Shown one piece after another: positions 1 through 13,509 of a stretch of DNA of 64,000 nucleotides. Every line of letters begins with the position of its first letter. Within the stretch, counting starts at the first letter, position 1. The stretch comes from Octopus vulgaris (Eukaryota), in the NCBI GenBank assembly GCA_951406725.2, contig OX597820.1:72602001-72666000 (forward strand). Reading direction: 5' to 3'. Below the pieces are notes generated by a model, which saw only the letters and a program-made list of their open reading frames with translations, did not search any database and was not told the DNA's origin. Made by a program: the position numbers and the translations under genes.

Positions 1-398
1 TCCACTGACTGACTGACGTGAGAAACATCAACTAGCCAAGGGTGGGAGGAGAAGATATTTGGTAATGACCCACAAAGCGAACATTTCTGGTATGTTTTAG
101 GCGAAAGGAAACCTTTAAGCATTATACATATGTTTAGAAGAATACTGAACACGCTATAAAAACACACACATACTGTTTAAAGACAGACACATGCACACAA
201 AGACATGCTCACGTGCTTACGCCAACACACACACAGAGTCATACATTGATAATGTACATAGACGCATCGGTTTGATGTGTGGTGGTTGTTGTTACAAGGT
301 GTGTCACTACTGCGGAAGCTACTGTTCTGGCATAACTAGAAACATATACACTCTCGATTGTCTCTGTATATTAGATACATATATATATATATTCATGT

Positions 399-429
<31 letters not shown>

Positions 430-666
430 CACATATATATATGTATAAGTATATACTTGTGTGTGTATGTGTACACATACATATATACATATTACATATA
501 TATATAATATGTATTTTATATATATATATATATATATACACATTTATATATGTATGCATGATTTACATGTGTACATGAGCACATATGCATATACCTATAT
601 CTATCTATTTATACATATCTATATCTATTTATAAGTGTGTGTGTATGTATGTACATATATATGTAT

Positions 667-709
<43 letters not shown>

Positions 710-722
710 TACATATATATAT

Positions 723-872
723 GGCATTAGGAAGGGCATCGACCTATAGAAACGTTGCCAGATCAGATTGGAGCCTGGTGCAGCCTTCTGGCTTGCCAGT
801 CCTCAGTCAAACCGTCCAACCCATGCCAGCATGGAAAGCGGACGTTAAACGACGATGGTGATAATGATGATG
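723..872 (+). mobile_element. SINE/LINE 3' tail, family C (RTE-like tail ending in (GAT)n)
   Basis: GGCATTAGGAAGGGCATC...CCAACCCATGCCAGCATGGAAAGCGGACGTTAAACGACGATG motif. It recurs at ~3045-3421(+), 22330-23027(+), 29582-30000(-), 40570-40880(+), 52352-52466(+), 59376-59660(-) and 61260-61606(-). Confidence 0.8.
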
Positions 873-1214
873 ATATATATATATATATATATGATACGCT
901 TCTTTCAGTTTCCATCTACCAAATCCACTCACAAGGCTTCGGTTGGCCTGAGGCTATAGTGGAAGATACTTACCCAAGCTGCCATGCAGTAGGACTGAAC
1001 TCAGAACCATGTGGTTGGGAAGCAAACTTCTGAACTAATGGGTATATGTTGATTAGTGTGTTGAAGTGTTTAGTAGACCACTTACATAGTTTGGGCTACC
1101 TGGTGTCATCCACAGTCAGGGAGCTACTTTGGGAATACTGCACTATTAGTTGAGATAATAATAATAATAATTTCTTAAGTAAGCAGAAGATGGATTTGGT
1201 ATTAATCTTTATTT

Positions 1215-1320
1215 TGTACTACGGATGTTTTGACCCATCCTGCTACTGACCCTTGTGGATGGGACTCTGTTCAACATGTTGCGTTGCATCCATTTTGCAG
1301 TTTGGGTCTCATCAGGTACA
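1215..1320 (-). ncRNA. Type I hammerhead ribozyme motif, probably inactivated (GAAA>AAAA), in a Penelope-like 3' UTR remnant
   Basis: Minus strand: TGTAC-CTGATGA-GACCCA...(~70 nt)...TGGGTC-AAAAC-ATCC-GTA-GTACA, followed by AATAAA. Stems I and II are perfect and only G12 is changed, consistent with CpG decay. Confidence 0.75.
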
Positions 1321-2454
1321 GCCATACATAAAGTTGTATCTCGCTGAAGATCCTGAGTTTTGGTTGTCATGTTGTTATATGCTTGTCTAGTTAGGGAATG
1401 AAACATTGCTACAGTTTTCAATTACTATTATCATTCTATAAGAATTGCCAACATTTGTAAGAACTGTTTCGATCAAAAAAGAAGAAACAGTTAAAGGGAA
1501 AGTGAATGGAAGAAGGTTTAAAACAAAGGAATGGTATTAGAAAAAAGGGAAAGATATATGCAGGCTAGAATGTCTAGGGGTTGGAGGGTTGTTTAGCTAC
1601 TTAGCTTAGGTCGGGATGTATTTACATACATTCGTACACATATGCTTGTACATACATTCGCATGCATACACTCATACATACATTTACACAAGGGACGGCT
1701 GCCCAGAAGATAATCTCACCGTAAGCTTGTCATCACAGTTACCTCAAGAAGAGGGCACCATGTAGACAGTCTGACTCACTCCACATCTATATCACCAAGG
1801 TTTAATAACACACCCCTATGCTTCTATATATGTATCCACATGCATGCATACACTTACATATACATACACATATCCATATGTATATATTTACACATACATT
1901 TTCATACATCTAACCCCCTACATCCATACATATATTTTTATATACACATGCACACACAGGTGTATGCATATACGTATACCTATATATATATCATAAATAT
2001 ATATATATATATATATACATATTCATATACACACACACACACTCTATACATATATATATATATCCACACACACGCATATGGATATATCCACATATACATA
2101 TATGTACTTTCAGTTTCATGGGTACACATGCATGTGCAACCCACATACATGCACATACATATGCTTACGCATACACCTGCACCACCCTCCCCACACAGAC
2201 ACAAATGTATACACACATGCCCACACACATACATATGCTTGCACACATACACATTCCTGCATCCTGTTAGTTTTTCCAAGCGATAACTAATCGTTGGCAT
2301 ATAATATTATTATTATTATTATTAATATACAGCTGCATAGTAAGGTTACATATCTGAACTGATATGTATATCAATATCTACACACAAGTGTATGAGATAT
2401 TGAAAAGCATATTTTTGCCTCTTTCGATAGTTCATCTCTTATATTAGTTTCAAG

Positions 2455-2986
2455 CAGGAGTGAAGAAACTGTAGCCCATGGGTGCAAATATGCCTGCAAG
2501 ACCATTTTATTTCACCCACAGGCTGATATACTCGTATGCACAAAATATACTAAATTTTCTATTATCAAATTTATACAATATTCGTATGCCTATTTGCAAC
2601 ATAGGTCATATTTCTACTACAACTTAAAACAGTTAGACTCGAACTGAAACTCGTCCGGTAATTGCTGTTTGAATGGAAATTTTGTTTTCACTATAAAACA
2701 CATATTGCTAGGTTTGTACCACTCCCTTGAGTCCCAACTACACTCTAGCTGAAGAATATAGAATACCTCATAAGTAATATAAACGTCATAAATTCAGTGG
2801 TGGCATTAATGAAGATGTTATGCGTTAATTTAATTTAACTTATCTTTATTAATGTATATCAGATTATACATAGATATATACATACAAGATTTACACAGAT
2901 ATAAAAAGTTAGAACTTGTGATCCACCTGCAGACCGTTTTCTTTGGAAATTTTTGCCCACCATACTAAAAATTTTCCCCACCTCTG
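2455..2986. mobile_element. hAT-type MITE (Charlie-like TIRs), copy 1
   Basis: Ends CAGGAGTGAAGAAA...TTTTCCCCACCTCTG. Internal sequence is clearly homologous to 23664-24197. Confidence 0.75.
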
Positions 2987-3044
2987 GTTCAGAGGCTATG
3001 CTCTAGTACCTTTTAGTTAGCATACTTTAGTGACTCACATTTGT

Positions 3045-3421
3045 GTTCTGAGGTGGGCAAGGTGGCTGAATTCCTTTCAAGCATTGGGTCTCAGGGAGGC
3101 TAAGTGGCTGAGTTCCTTTTGAGTGTTGGGCCTCATGGAGGCAATGATCAAGATCTTTGGCATTATGTTGTGCTTGAGAAGAAGACCCATCAAGCCAAGC
3201 AAAATCAGTCATGGCAGATACCAGTGTCACGCACTGGCACCCATGCCAGTGGCACGTAAAAGCACCCATTAGACTCTCGGAGTAGTTATGTTAGGAAGGG
3301 CATCCAGCCATAGAAAACCATGCCAAATCAGACCGGAGCCTGGTGCAGCCTGCCAGCGGGCCAGCCCAGTCAAACCATCCAACCTATGCCAGCATGGACA
3401 ACAGATGTTAGATGATGATGA
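3045..3421 (+). mobile_element. Family C SINE-like element with (GAT)n tail
   Basis: Same 3' region as 723-872, ending GATGATGATG. Confidence 0.75.
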
Positions 3422-3764
3422 TGTGTCCGAGCATAATCAACACAATAAAGCAAATTTTTGTCGCTTTAGTTAATGAGTCTATTATGTTTTTTGGAAAGGC
3501 TATACTCTAGTTACTTACTGTCGTGTTCTGCATGAGTCCAGTGTGAATGTACCTAAATACATGTAACAATCTCATCTGGTCCTTCCTTAGTATAGGCACC
3601 ATGGTTGCAACATAAATAGAAAGATTTTCCAACCCCTTCCAGCACAGAAATCAAACATTTAGAGCAGAGTTTAAGCTATCTTTTTGTGGAAGAAGGTTTA
3701 TGTTCCTATAACCTGTATTAATTCTGTAACCCTTTAAAATGGAAGATAAGAAAGTTCATTTTTG

Positions 3765-4119
3765 GCACTTGACACTTTGGGAACCAGACTAAAATTGCTG
3801 CAGCTCAGCAGGGATGTGTTACTCCACCCTCCATATTCACCAGATATTGCTCCTTCAGATTTCCACTTATTCAAGTCTCTGCAGAATAGTCTTAATGGCA
3901 AAAATTTCCTTGGATGGTGTAAAAAGATACCTTGATGAATTCTTTGCCATGAAACCACCTCAATTCTGGGAAGAGGGTATTTTCAAGTTAAAGGAAAGGA
4001 AAAATGGAGACTCATTATGCAACAAAATGGTTCATATTTGGTTGATTAAAAATGTAATGGCAAGTATTTATTGACCTTTTTCTTTCCTTTAAAAATCAGC
4101 ATGAACTTTCCAGACAACC

Positions 4120-4123
<4 letters not shown>
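3765..4123 (+). pseudogene. Mariner (DD34D) transposase C-terminal remnant with right TIR
   Basis: Translates ...LLHPPYSPDIAPSDFHLFKSLQNSLNGKNF, with a frameshift to YLDEFFAMKPPQFWEEGIFKL. Ends TTTCCAGACAACCGAA followed by TA. Confidence 0.9.
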
Positions 4124-4195
<72 letters not shown>

Positions 4196-4266
4196 TTAGT
4201 TATGGCTGGTTCATAGTGTTGCCCAGGGTTTCATGTCCATAAAGCGCTACAGATATATTTTATCGT

Positions 4267-4670
4267 TATTCTTCTCTTGTCTCAGTCATTAGACTGTGGC
4301 CATGCTGAGGCACCATTTTGAAGAATATTTTTTATTTGAATGAATTGAATCCAGTAGTATATGTTTGTTTAAGCCAGGTACTTACTCTATTGATGTCTTT
4401 TGCCAAACCACTAAATTACAGAGATGTAAACACACCAACACTGGTTGTCAAGCATTGGTTGGGGATAAACACAGACACAAAGACAAACACACACACACTC
4501 ACACATAGATACGACAGGCTTCTTTCAGTATCCATCTACCAAATCCACTCACAAGGCTATGGTCGACACAAGGCTATTATAGAAGACACTTGCCTGAGGT
4601 GCCATACAGTGAGACTGAACCCGGAACCATGAGGTTGGGGAGCTAACATCTAACCACACAGCCATGCCTG
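4267..4670 (-). mobile_element. tRNA-derived SINE family B (CORE-like; resembles octopus OR-type SINEs)
   Basis: Reverse complement has a tRNA-like head (GGCTGTGTGGTTAG...GGTTCAGTCTCACTG), a CORE-like GGCAAGTGTCTT box, a (CA)n spacer and a conserved tail. Other copies at ~891-1032, 11020-11175, 18500-18876, 37667-38295, 45750-46073, 56750-57197 and 62930-63313. Confidence 0.8.
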
Positions 4671-4986
4671 AATAAAAAACTATATATATATCACACATGC
4701 ACACGCACTCACATAATGTGACTTCAACTTGATTTAATTTTTAGTTTCTTGGAGATGGTATTTCTTGATTTAAAGACAAATTAAAACCCAATTATAATTC
4801 CATAATATTGCAAGGATAGAATTTTGTAACCAAAAATTTAAACCATGTCTGGTGGATGTGAAGCACTCACCTAATACAACCCCTAAATATACATTTCTGA
4901 AATATATGCATGCTCACATTCACACATGGGTTCACACTTAAACATTCATTGCTAATCTCCCACATATGTATAAAACCTCTCATCTA

Positions 4987-5024
<38 letters not shown>

Positions 5025-5031
5025 CGTATAT

Positions 5032-5527
5032 AAAACTACATAAATAATATTTTTATAAACAAACCCGAAAGGCTTTGCGAATTACAAAGAGACAGCTACT
5101 ATGGAAGGCTCATAGTATAATAATTGTACAATAACTGTATATAATATATATTATAATGATATTTAATCTCCGATTTTAAAGCGACAATTTTTGAATATAA
5201 ACAAATGACCAAAAAATGATGAGCTAATCTTAGGCTGAATCGAACCAACAATTCGTAGGTATCATGGCTCCTTGCAAATCTGAATGGCCAAATGCTCACC
5301 CATCAATTTAAGCTATGATTTGCGGGTTCGGTTCAGTCTGAGGTTAGCTCATCAATTGTTTATATTTAAAAATTGTCTCTTTAAAATCAGAGATTAAATA
5401 ACATTATGATATATATTATATACAATTATTGTTCAGTTATTATACTATGAGCCTTCCATAGTAGCTTTCTCTCTGTAACTCACAAAGCCTTTCAGGTTTG
5501 TTTATAAAAATATTAGTTATGTAGTTT

Positions 5528-5528
<1 letters not shown>
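5032..5528. repeat. Fold-back (long inverted repeat) element between microsatellites
   Basis: Arms ~5032-5246 and ~5325-5528 are imperfect reverse complements (e.g. AGCTACTATGGAAGGCTCATAGTATAA / TTATACTATGAGCCTTCCATAGTAGCT). Confidence 0.9.
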
Positions 5529-5564
<36 letters not shown>

Positions 5565-5684
5565 GAAGAAATAAAAAAGCACAGACAAGAAAATATACAT
5601 TGCTGATCTAAACAGCCTACAGCTTAGAAAGCTGTTTGGATGCAAATAAAGGAGTGGGAAACATACTGTTGGGATGTATTGACA

Positions 5685-5900
5685 GTGGTGATGATGATTA
5701 TGATGATGGTAGTGGTGGTGGTGTAAATGATGACAATGATGATGACTACTCCAGTGGTGGTGTGGGGATGATGATGACGACAACAGTGGTGATGGTAATG
5801 ATGATGATGATGATGTTGAGAACAATGATGATGATGACAATGATGATGGTGACAATGATGATGATGGTAGTGGTGATGATGATGATGATGTCGTTGATGA
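5685..5900. repeat. (GAT)n/(GGT)n low-complexity tract
   Basis: Visible trinucleotide repeats that explain the poly-His/Met/Ser ORFs. Confidence 0.95.
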
Positions 5901-6049
5901 CAAAGTTCTCTGATAGCAAGCAAAGAGAGAATTCTTTTACCTCTTTTACCTTCTACTTGCTTCTGTCATTGACTAACCCGCCCAACCACTAAAATTACCG
6001 TTCTTGCATCAAACTTAGAAAGGAATATCATTATTCATCATCATCATCA

Positions 6050-6475
6050 TCAATATTGTTGTTGTCTTTATATTTTAATTCTCAAGCACACAATCCTACT
6101 TAATTCTATGCGAGTGGACAGCAACCTGTTATCAAAGATCTCACAAGGTCCGTCAGGGTTGTTTCCCACAAATTATAAGACACGATGCCTAAATATCAAG
6201 TGTCACAGAAGATACTCAACATCAAAGTGCCAATCTCAAAATCCTAGCTGTCTCCAATAGAGTAGCTTTTTGAGCATGTTCTACCCTCATGTCAATTCCA
6301 GTTTCTCCGATATATTTGTCAAACTCGGTTGTTAGTGCTTGAGTGCCTCTAGAACTATTAAGATGACAGTTACTCTTTCCATTGCCCATACTTTTGCAAT
6401 TTTGTCCTGCGCATGTGTCCCTAGGTATGGCAATACCTCTGATCTTGGTTTCCTTTTCTTTCCCCCTTTATTATC
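6050..6475 (-). pseudogene. Dong/R4-clade (RLE) non-LTR retrotransposon 3' remnant
   Basis: Minus-strand translation ...IAKVWAMERVTVILIVLEAL / TTEFDKYIGETGIDMRVEHAQKATLLETARILRLAL* parallels the 51631-52125 ORF C-terminus. Confidence 0.75.
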
Positions 6476-6482
6476 CTCACCT

Positions 6483-6844
6483 GTGTGTGGCAGGTTTGGC
6501 AGGCTTCAACTAACACTATCTTCTCCGAGACCCTGTGGCACAAGTTGACCAAAATTGAGAGTATGATAGAAGAAGGCTTGCTCTTCATTCCATAGAAGAA
6601 AAAATTCAAATCAGACCATGTTAAGACTAAAAATTATTTACATCAAAAAGGTGCTTTTTTTCTATGAAAATCACTATTTTTTACACTTTTTTGACTTCTC
6701 TGTTGCCATTTTTCGGTGTATTTCAACCAGAAAAATGTTCACTTAAAGAGAATAACAAGCTACATAATGCAAAATTTTTACTTTTCAAAAATTCAATTCT
6801 AAAGGGTTGAAACAAACCCAAGCAATGCCAGGCGATACTGCTAG
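6483..6844 (+). mobile_element. Non-autonomous Helitron (3' part)
   Basis: Ends with a degenerate GC hairpin (CCCAAGCAATGCCAGG) and CTAG followed by T, as at 19431-19459. The 5' boundary is uncertain. Confidence 0.6.
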
Positions 6845-7146
6845 TATAGAAAAGAATCCATTCTTTTCAGGCTGTGGAAGGTAAATTTGATGTTTGTAAC
6901 TGATAACACAAAACAACAGAAAAACACATGCATCCTATGATCCAGTGGTATGATTCACAACTCAGTGTATTGTCCAGGAGGAGAATTTTTGGCCAGGACT
7001 ATTTCCGTAGTGGAAGGCCTTCCTATGTCTGAGTGTGCTCAAGCATGTTTGATATAGCCCTACATGAATATATTTTATCCAATGCTGCTTCCTGTGATTA
7101 TATTATACATTCATGGTAAGAAGCTTGCTTCCCAACTGGTTCAGGA

Positions 7147-7375
7147 GGTGAGCTGGTAGAAACGTTAGCATGCTGGGCGAAATGCTTAGTGGTATTTTGT
7201 CTGCCACTACATTCTGAGTTCAAATTCTGCCGAGGTCAACTTTGCCTTTCATCCTTTTGAGGTAGATAAATTAAGTACCAGTTAATGGGATTGATCTAAT
7301 TGACTTAATCCCTTTGTCTGTTTTTGTTTGTCACCTCTACGTTTAGCCCCTTGTGGGCAATAAAGAAATAAGAAA
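7147..7375 (+). mobile_element. tRNA-derived SINE family A
   Basis: Head GGTGAGCTGGTAGAAACGTTAGC, B-box GAGTTCAAATTC, central GCCTTTCATCCTTT..GG..GATAAATTAAGTACCAG. Flanked by the TTCAGGAGG duplication. Other copies at ~11753-11966, 26315-26745 (x2), 36095-36322, 39105-40152 (x3), 48243-48640 (dimer), 50713-50926, 53472-53688 and 54447-54661. Confidence 0.85.
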
Positions 7376-8834
7376 CCTGTTCAGGAGGACTGTTGTAATC
7401 TTGGCTGCTTATACACCGTTGGGTAACCTGCTTTATGGATCCATGAACTGGAAAAAACAGGAAAATTTGACTGTGCTAAGTTAGTGCTTCATGCTCATCA
7501 AAGATGGTAAATACATTATAAATATTAAGCTCCCTCAAGACTAGAATCATGGGTCATAATGGGAAACTAATTTTTCTTTCCTCTCTTATGAAATACTAAA
7601 GCAGTTGTCACAAGATAGCATTGCCACACATCACAACAAGTTGTATCATTATAACTATTTGATAGACAACAGGATAATAGCATAGCAAAAGTAATTTACA
7701 CTGTCATTATGTGTGAGATGTTTACGTTATGGGTTGTCTAGGCTTAACTACCCAGATATCAGTTCCACAAGCCATTTAGCTCCAGCATGTCACATAACCT
7801 TGTCATTAGCTGAAATTGTTGTTTGTATTGGTCAGTTTCCAGCCCCCCAATCATGTTGGAACAATAGTTCATTCTTCCTTACGTGGGAAATTAATCTCCA
7901 GCTACTGGGAGCCTACAGTTCTCTATTAGAACAACAGTTTTTGACTGCTCTAGGTTTTTGGCACATACCACTGACCACGCACAACTCGTTTCTGGTAATG
8001 ATGCATGTGACACCAGCCAGTCTCTGCCTTCATCTTCTCTGCTAGATACCTGCCTATATCGTTGCTGTATGAACACTACACGGCCAACAGACCAACGGCT
8101 ACCTCTACTCACCACCAAACAGTACATCAACTTTGTCTACAAGATCCAGCCTAACCACAAAGTCTCTCACACATATTTGTTGTAATCTGTTATTTTATTT
8201 CAAGTATGACAATCATTGTATTTTACAATGGAAAATAAATCATTGCTTACCAGTTTCATTTCATCTCAAATCATTTATCATTTCCACATTTCCTTTATTC
8301 ACCATCCTCATTATAATAGGAAAAAAACGTAAAGTCCAAAGACAACTAACATTTCACTCATGTTATTTGCTTTTACAACTCTCATTATTATAATTTCTTT
8401 TTTGTATCCTACTCTTCCTCGTTAATTAACCAGCTTCATAACTTACCTGCCTGCTATTTGAATTAATTTACTTGCTTTTTTATATTTATATTTGGTCTTT
8501 TATATAAAACTTAATCTTTCTTATTCATTTTCACACTCCCCTCTGACTACGTTTTCATGATAAGAAGTTGTGTATGGAAATTCACTGAAAATTTTTTAAT
8601 TGAAACTGATTTTTCTTCATAATAATATTGTCTTTAGAGCATCATAATACAATCTAGCCATATTTTGTTTTTACGTTTAATAAGACACACTTAGAAATAA
8701 AGATTAAGTCAGTTCAATGATGTTTCTGTTTGCATCTTCATTTTTTATTAATACTTATGCAAGGCTAGTATTTTCTGCAAAATTGCTCACTCAGCAGAAC
8801 ACAACAGACATCTTTGGGCTTTCTATTTCATACC

Positions 8835-10490
8835 ATGGCTTCAGAAGAAACTAATTATTTAAGGAAGAGACATGTGACCTCTCTGTGATTAAAAAGCTTG
8901 AGATTTTAAGAAAGTTAGAGGATGTTGCATTGGTTACATGAGTTTATGAAAAGTAGGATGTTAAACAATAAAACAATAAAGTTTTAGGCAATTGCAGTGC
9001 TAATGACAAACTCATGGCATTTGTAAAAAAAGTATCTCAATGCAAGTTCTAAATCATCATTTCTTTGTGCAAGTAAGAGAATGAGACTTATAAAAGATAC
9101 ATATCTTGAGCAGACAGTGACAAATTGGTTTATTCACAAATGATCACATGGCACCAACATTTGTTGTATAGAAATTCAAAGTGCTGCTACTAAATTAGTT
9201 AAGCATATGAACAACAAGAATTTTAAAGCTGACAGCATGTGGTTATGGCAATTTAGAATTGCCATAAATACATGCTATCACATAGAATGGAGGATAATAT
9301 TATCCGAAGGCATCTAATTTCCTAAGATAATAAAATTACCCATAGTGAATCAGGCAATGCATCAAGGGGAGAAATGGAGCCATTCAGAAAGAGCATAAAT
9401 ATGAAGCTCTTCCAATGTTGCAAGTGTATAATGAGGACGAGACTGGATTCTATGTGCAGTCACTACCTTGGAATTCCCAAGAATGCAAGAATAGACTTTA
9501 CACCTGGTTATCAATTAAGGTACATTTTATGATATTGTGTTGTGTAAACACAAATCATTTAAACCTTTTTAAAGTCAGTGGTGGTGGGAAATTCTACACA
9601 ACCTTGAGATTTGAAAGATGTAATGTACTAACTAAATGGTAATGAGTAAATGTATCGACAACCAGAGGATTATTATCACTCCACTCCAAGAAACTGTGGT
9701 TCAACAGGTACATTTTACATGGTAAGATTTTCTCACATTTTATTCCAGCAGTGAATAAATATCTAGAAGATGCCTTCAAAATTTTTCTTGAAGTGAAAAT
9801 GCTAATAACTTTGGACGATGCACAAACTCGCCCTGTTATCCTCAGCTTGTCAGTGATGATGGTAAAGTAAGATGCATGTTCTTGCTATCCAATGTTACTT
9901 TGACAATCAAACCAACAGAATGAGGTATACCTATAGCTTGAAAGAGATTATATCAACGAAGATATTTGTATGAAGTTATGGCATTAGAAGATTACAATCA
10001 CACACAAGAAACAAAAAGAACTGTCAGTAATGCTAAAAACTCAAGCCTTAAGTTTGTAAAATTCAATTTAGCAGCTTCTTGGAATGCATTAAAAACAAAT
10101 GCTTAAGCCAATACTTGTTAAGAACTTTTGTACAATTTTGAGGTAGAAAACAAATTTGAAAATAATCAAGTCAAGAGACTTTCCTAATGTATTTCTGAAG
10201 GCAGACAAAACAGATATTACATAGGACAGTTTTGGAACCTGATAGGCTGAAAGGCTCACCCTGAGCACCAAGTTGTAACAGAAGAAGAATAAATAAGAAA
10301 ATTTTCCCATAACCATAACAAAGATGACAAGGATGAGGAAGATGCTGAAGTGTAGAGCAAACAACCCAAACACTCCGTTATACAAGAATTCCCTGATAAC
10401 GTCATTCCATACGTTAATTTGTCGACAGTAACTGATAATATTCAGCAACATTATCAATGTCTAAGAGCCTAAGGGGAACTTATCAGGAAG
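8835..10490 (+). pseudogene. Decayed Tigger/pogo (CENP-B/Jerky-like) DDE transposase
   Basis: N-terminal RKRHVT..IKKLEILRKLE (CENP-B-type HTH), QVYNEDETGFY (cf. QIYNADETGL), LDDAQTRP (cf. LDNAPSHP) and MFLLSNVTLTIKP (cf. FLPPNTTSLIQP). Many stops and frameshifts. Confidence 0.85.
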
Positions 10491-11536
10491 CAGTATCAAA
10501 GATTTTGTTGCTATTTTTGCTAGTTGAGCAACTTCATAAAGACTCTTACTTGTTGGTTCGTATTATTAGAAGTGAAATTGATAAGTCACTGTGGTGGGAG
10601 ACTATCAGTTCCTGGTTTGAATTCAAATTCACTACTGGCAGTTCATTGTGTATCACGGCTGTACATGTCATTCTGCATACTTCAGCATACAAAGCTGTTT
10701 CAAAATCTATTAACAGGTTTTTTAACGTTGTTATCTGAGATAGACAGGTGTCCCAGCCAAGAACAAATTTATTTCTCTTCTATTTATTAACATGAAACTT
10801 CAGTCAGTCAAGCCACATGGTATTGGAAATATTTATATTCAATTACTTGTGGATCATAGACATGAAATATCAGATTTATTTATAAATGTGGTCAGGGCTA
10901 TCATACATTGAATAAAACAACTACGTCTGTCATTGATTAGAAATGACAACCTTCTCAGAAGTTTCAAAAAACTTGAATTCTTCTTATGTGCATTACTCCC
11001 TCATCTATGTGTGAAATGTTGGTGTGTGGTAAGTAGTTCACTTCCCAACCAAGTGGTCTAAGGTTCAGTCCCACTGTGTGGTACCTAGGGCAAGTGTCCT
11101 TTTATTATAGTCCTGGGTCAAACCAAAACCTTATGAGTGAATTTTGTAAACAGAAACTGAAAACAGCTTGTCATTTTATATATATATATATATATATCAT
11201 CATCATATATATATATATACACTGTGTGTGTGTTTTTTTTTGAGTGTATGCATATGTGTAAGTGTATACGTGTATCCCTCTGTCTTGACATCACATGATT
11301 GTTGTAAATGAGCATCATTGTCATACAAGTGAGGTTGTTTATTTCCAGTCTTCTGTGAAAAACATGTCTAACGATGGGGAAATATTACTTTACTTAGAAA
11401 GAGGTGAGGGTTGATTACAGGAAGGGCATCCAGCTGTAGAAGATCGACCTGCCTCAACAAATTCCATCTGACCCATGCAAGCTTGGAAAAACAGGCATTA
11501 AATAGTAATAATGAATAATGATACACAAAGAAAGGG

Positions 11537-11740
<204 letters not shown>

Positions 11741-12438
11741 TGTAGAGATATATTCTTTTCTACTCTAGGCACAAGACCTGAAATTTTGGGGGAGGGGGCC
11801 AGTTGATTAGATTGACCCCAGTATGCAACTGGTATTTAATTTACTGACCCTGAAAGGATGAAAAACAAAGTCAGCCTTGGTGGAATTTGAACCCAGAATG
11901 TAAATGCAGATGAAATACTGCTAAGCATTTCGCCCGGTGTGCTAACGTTTCTGCCAGCTTGTTGCCTTAGATGTGGAGATAGATTAAACAACAGAAAAAT
12001 GCATTCACAACAAATCACCAAGGTTAAATATTAGTATCTACACCTGATCACTCAGAAATGTTGAAGCTAAGTGTAATAGGGCAGCCATAGTTTCTAAATA
12101 GCCTGACTGTTGTTATAGAAACCAGTTCAGATCATGTGATGGAACCAGAAATTAGATGACTGCTGTGCTTTGTGGTGTCAGCTGGATGGCTATCGAATAG
12201 AGATCAATTCCTGTGCAACAGTTAGGAGTTGTCTCTGTCACTAACATAGCTAAAGACAAGGTGAGAGGGTGGTCTATCCACCCTGGGTGATGCTATTACG
12301 AGGATGGTACTTTTGGATGTACTGTATAAGCCTGTATAGACTGTGAAGACCCACAAGAGTGGCAAAATAAAGGGCTATCTTGGGCAGTGCATACTTTAGT
12401 TACACCACTGATTTCTGTTGGAAGATTCACTTAGCATA

Positions 12439-12815
12439 CACTTGCGTCAGAAATTAATTAGCACCCTTGATTTGCTCTTCACTCAAGGTATGTGCTGTCA
12501 CCTAGTGGCCATATCTCGAACTATTGCTTTGTTGCGAGTTCACTGTTGCGCAGAACAATGACGTAACTTTGTTTGCAGAGCAGTTTGAGAGTATACAGCC
12601 TTATGATGTTGACATAGCAGTGCAACAAATTGGAGTGCGGATGCAGACAAATCTTCCTTTGTTTAATAGATATAGGTAGCGCCTCGCAAGGACCGAAATC
12701 ATACCATACTAAGTTTTCTCATCGCGTAAGACGTTTTGAACAGCTCATAGGTTAATTGATTTAACCTATTTAATGTAGAAATTTGAGAAGTGCTAATTAA
12801 TTTCTGACGCAAGTG
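12439..12815. mobile_element. Tc1/mariner-type MITE with 26-bp perfect TIRs and TA target duplication
   Basis: TA-CACTTGCGTCAGAAATTAATTAGCAC ... GTGCTAATTAATTTCTGACGCAAGTG-TA. Confidence 0.92.
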
Positions 12816-13305
12816 TATGTATTCTTTCAGGGGAAAACTCCACCTCTCACTCTTGCCATATCTGGAAGCACAAGAACAAAAGAAATCACTTGCTTATTAT
12901 AATTTTAACTACTCTCTACAAAGTGTCTCTTTATTTATTCTGAGCATGTAACTATCGCACTTTTTAATCGCTATGAGGAATTGCAGGAATTGCTATCGTC
13001 AACTTAATAAAAAGACTGAACTTTCATCTTGCCATCATGAATGGAGTTCTCAGTTAGCTAATTTTCAACTGTTAATTTCAAACACTATCACATAACTTTT
13101 TAATGGAATTTTAAATTTTGCAGGAATCAGACTACCCTTATGTATAGCATAGCTTAGCATCGGTGTAACCGAATCTTCAAACACGTTTTTTGCATTAATG
13201 AAGCTATAAATGATACAAAGTAAAGTCTCAAACTGTTGATGTATATATGTATGTGTGTGTGTGCATGCATGTATGTGTGTGTGTGTGTGTGTGTGTGCAT
13301 GCATG

Positions 13306-13344
<39 letters not shown>

Positions 13345-13509
13345 ATGCATGCATGTGTGTATGTGTGATCATCTTTCTCATTATCAGCATTAACATTTGT
13401 CTTTCCTGCTGGTATGGGTTGAGCAAATAATCAGAATTCAATGAGCCAGAAGACTGTGGCATGGGTCAATGTTTTCTCTCACAAATTTTAAGCAATTTCT
13501 AAAATATTA

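Noticed and set aside
1344-1415. Plus-strand CTGAAGA...GAAAC next to the minus-strand HHR
   Set aside because: No stem I adjacent to the core and no valid NUH/stem III pairing.
7958-8185. 75-aa non-repetitive ORF
   Set aside because: No motif and no supporting splice structure. Its length is within chance expectation.
10550-10736. Minus-strand open segment between AG and GTAAG (ITTLKNLLIDFETAL...)
   Set aside because: No recognisable protein family beyond a weak 'IDFE.A' similarity to MULE transposases, and the splice signals are weak.
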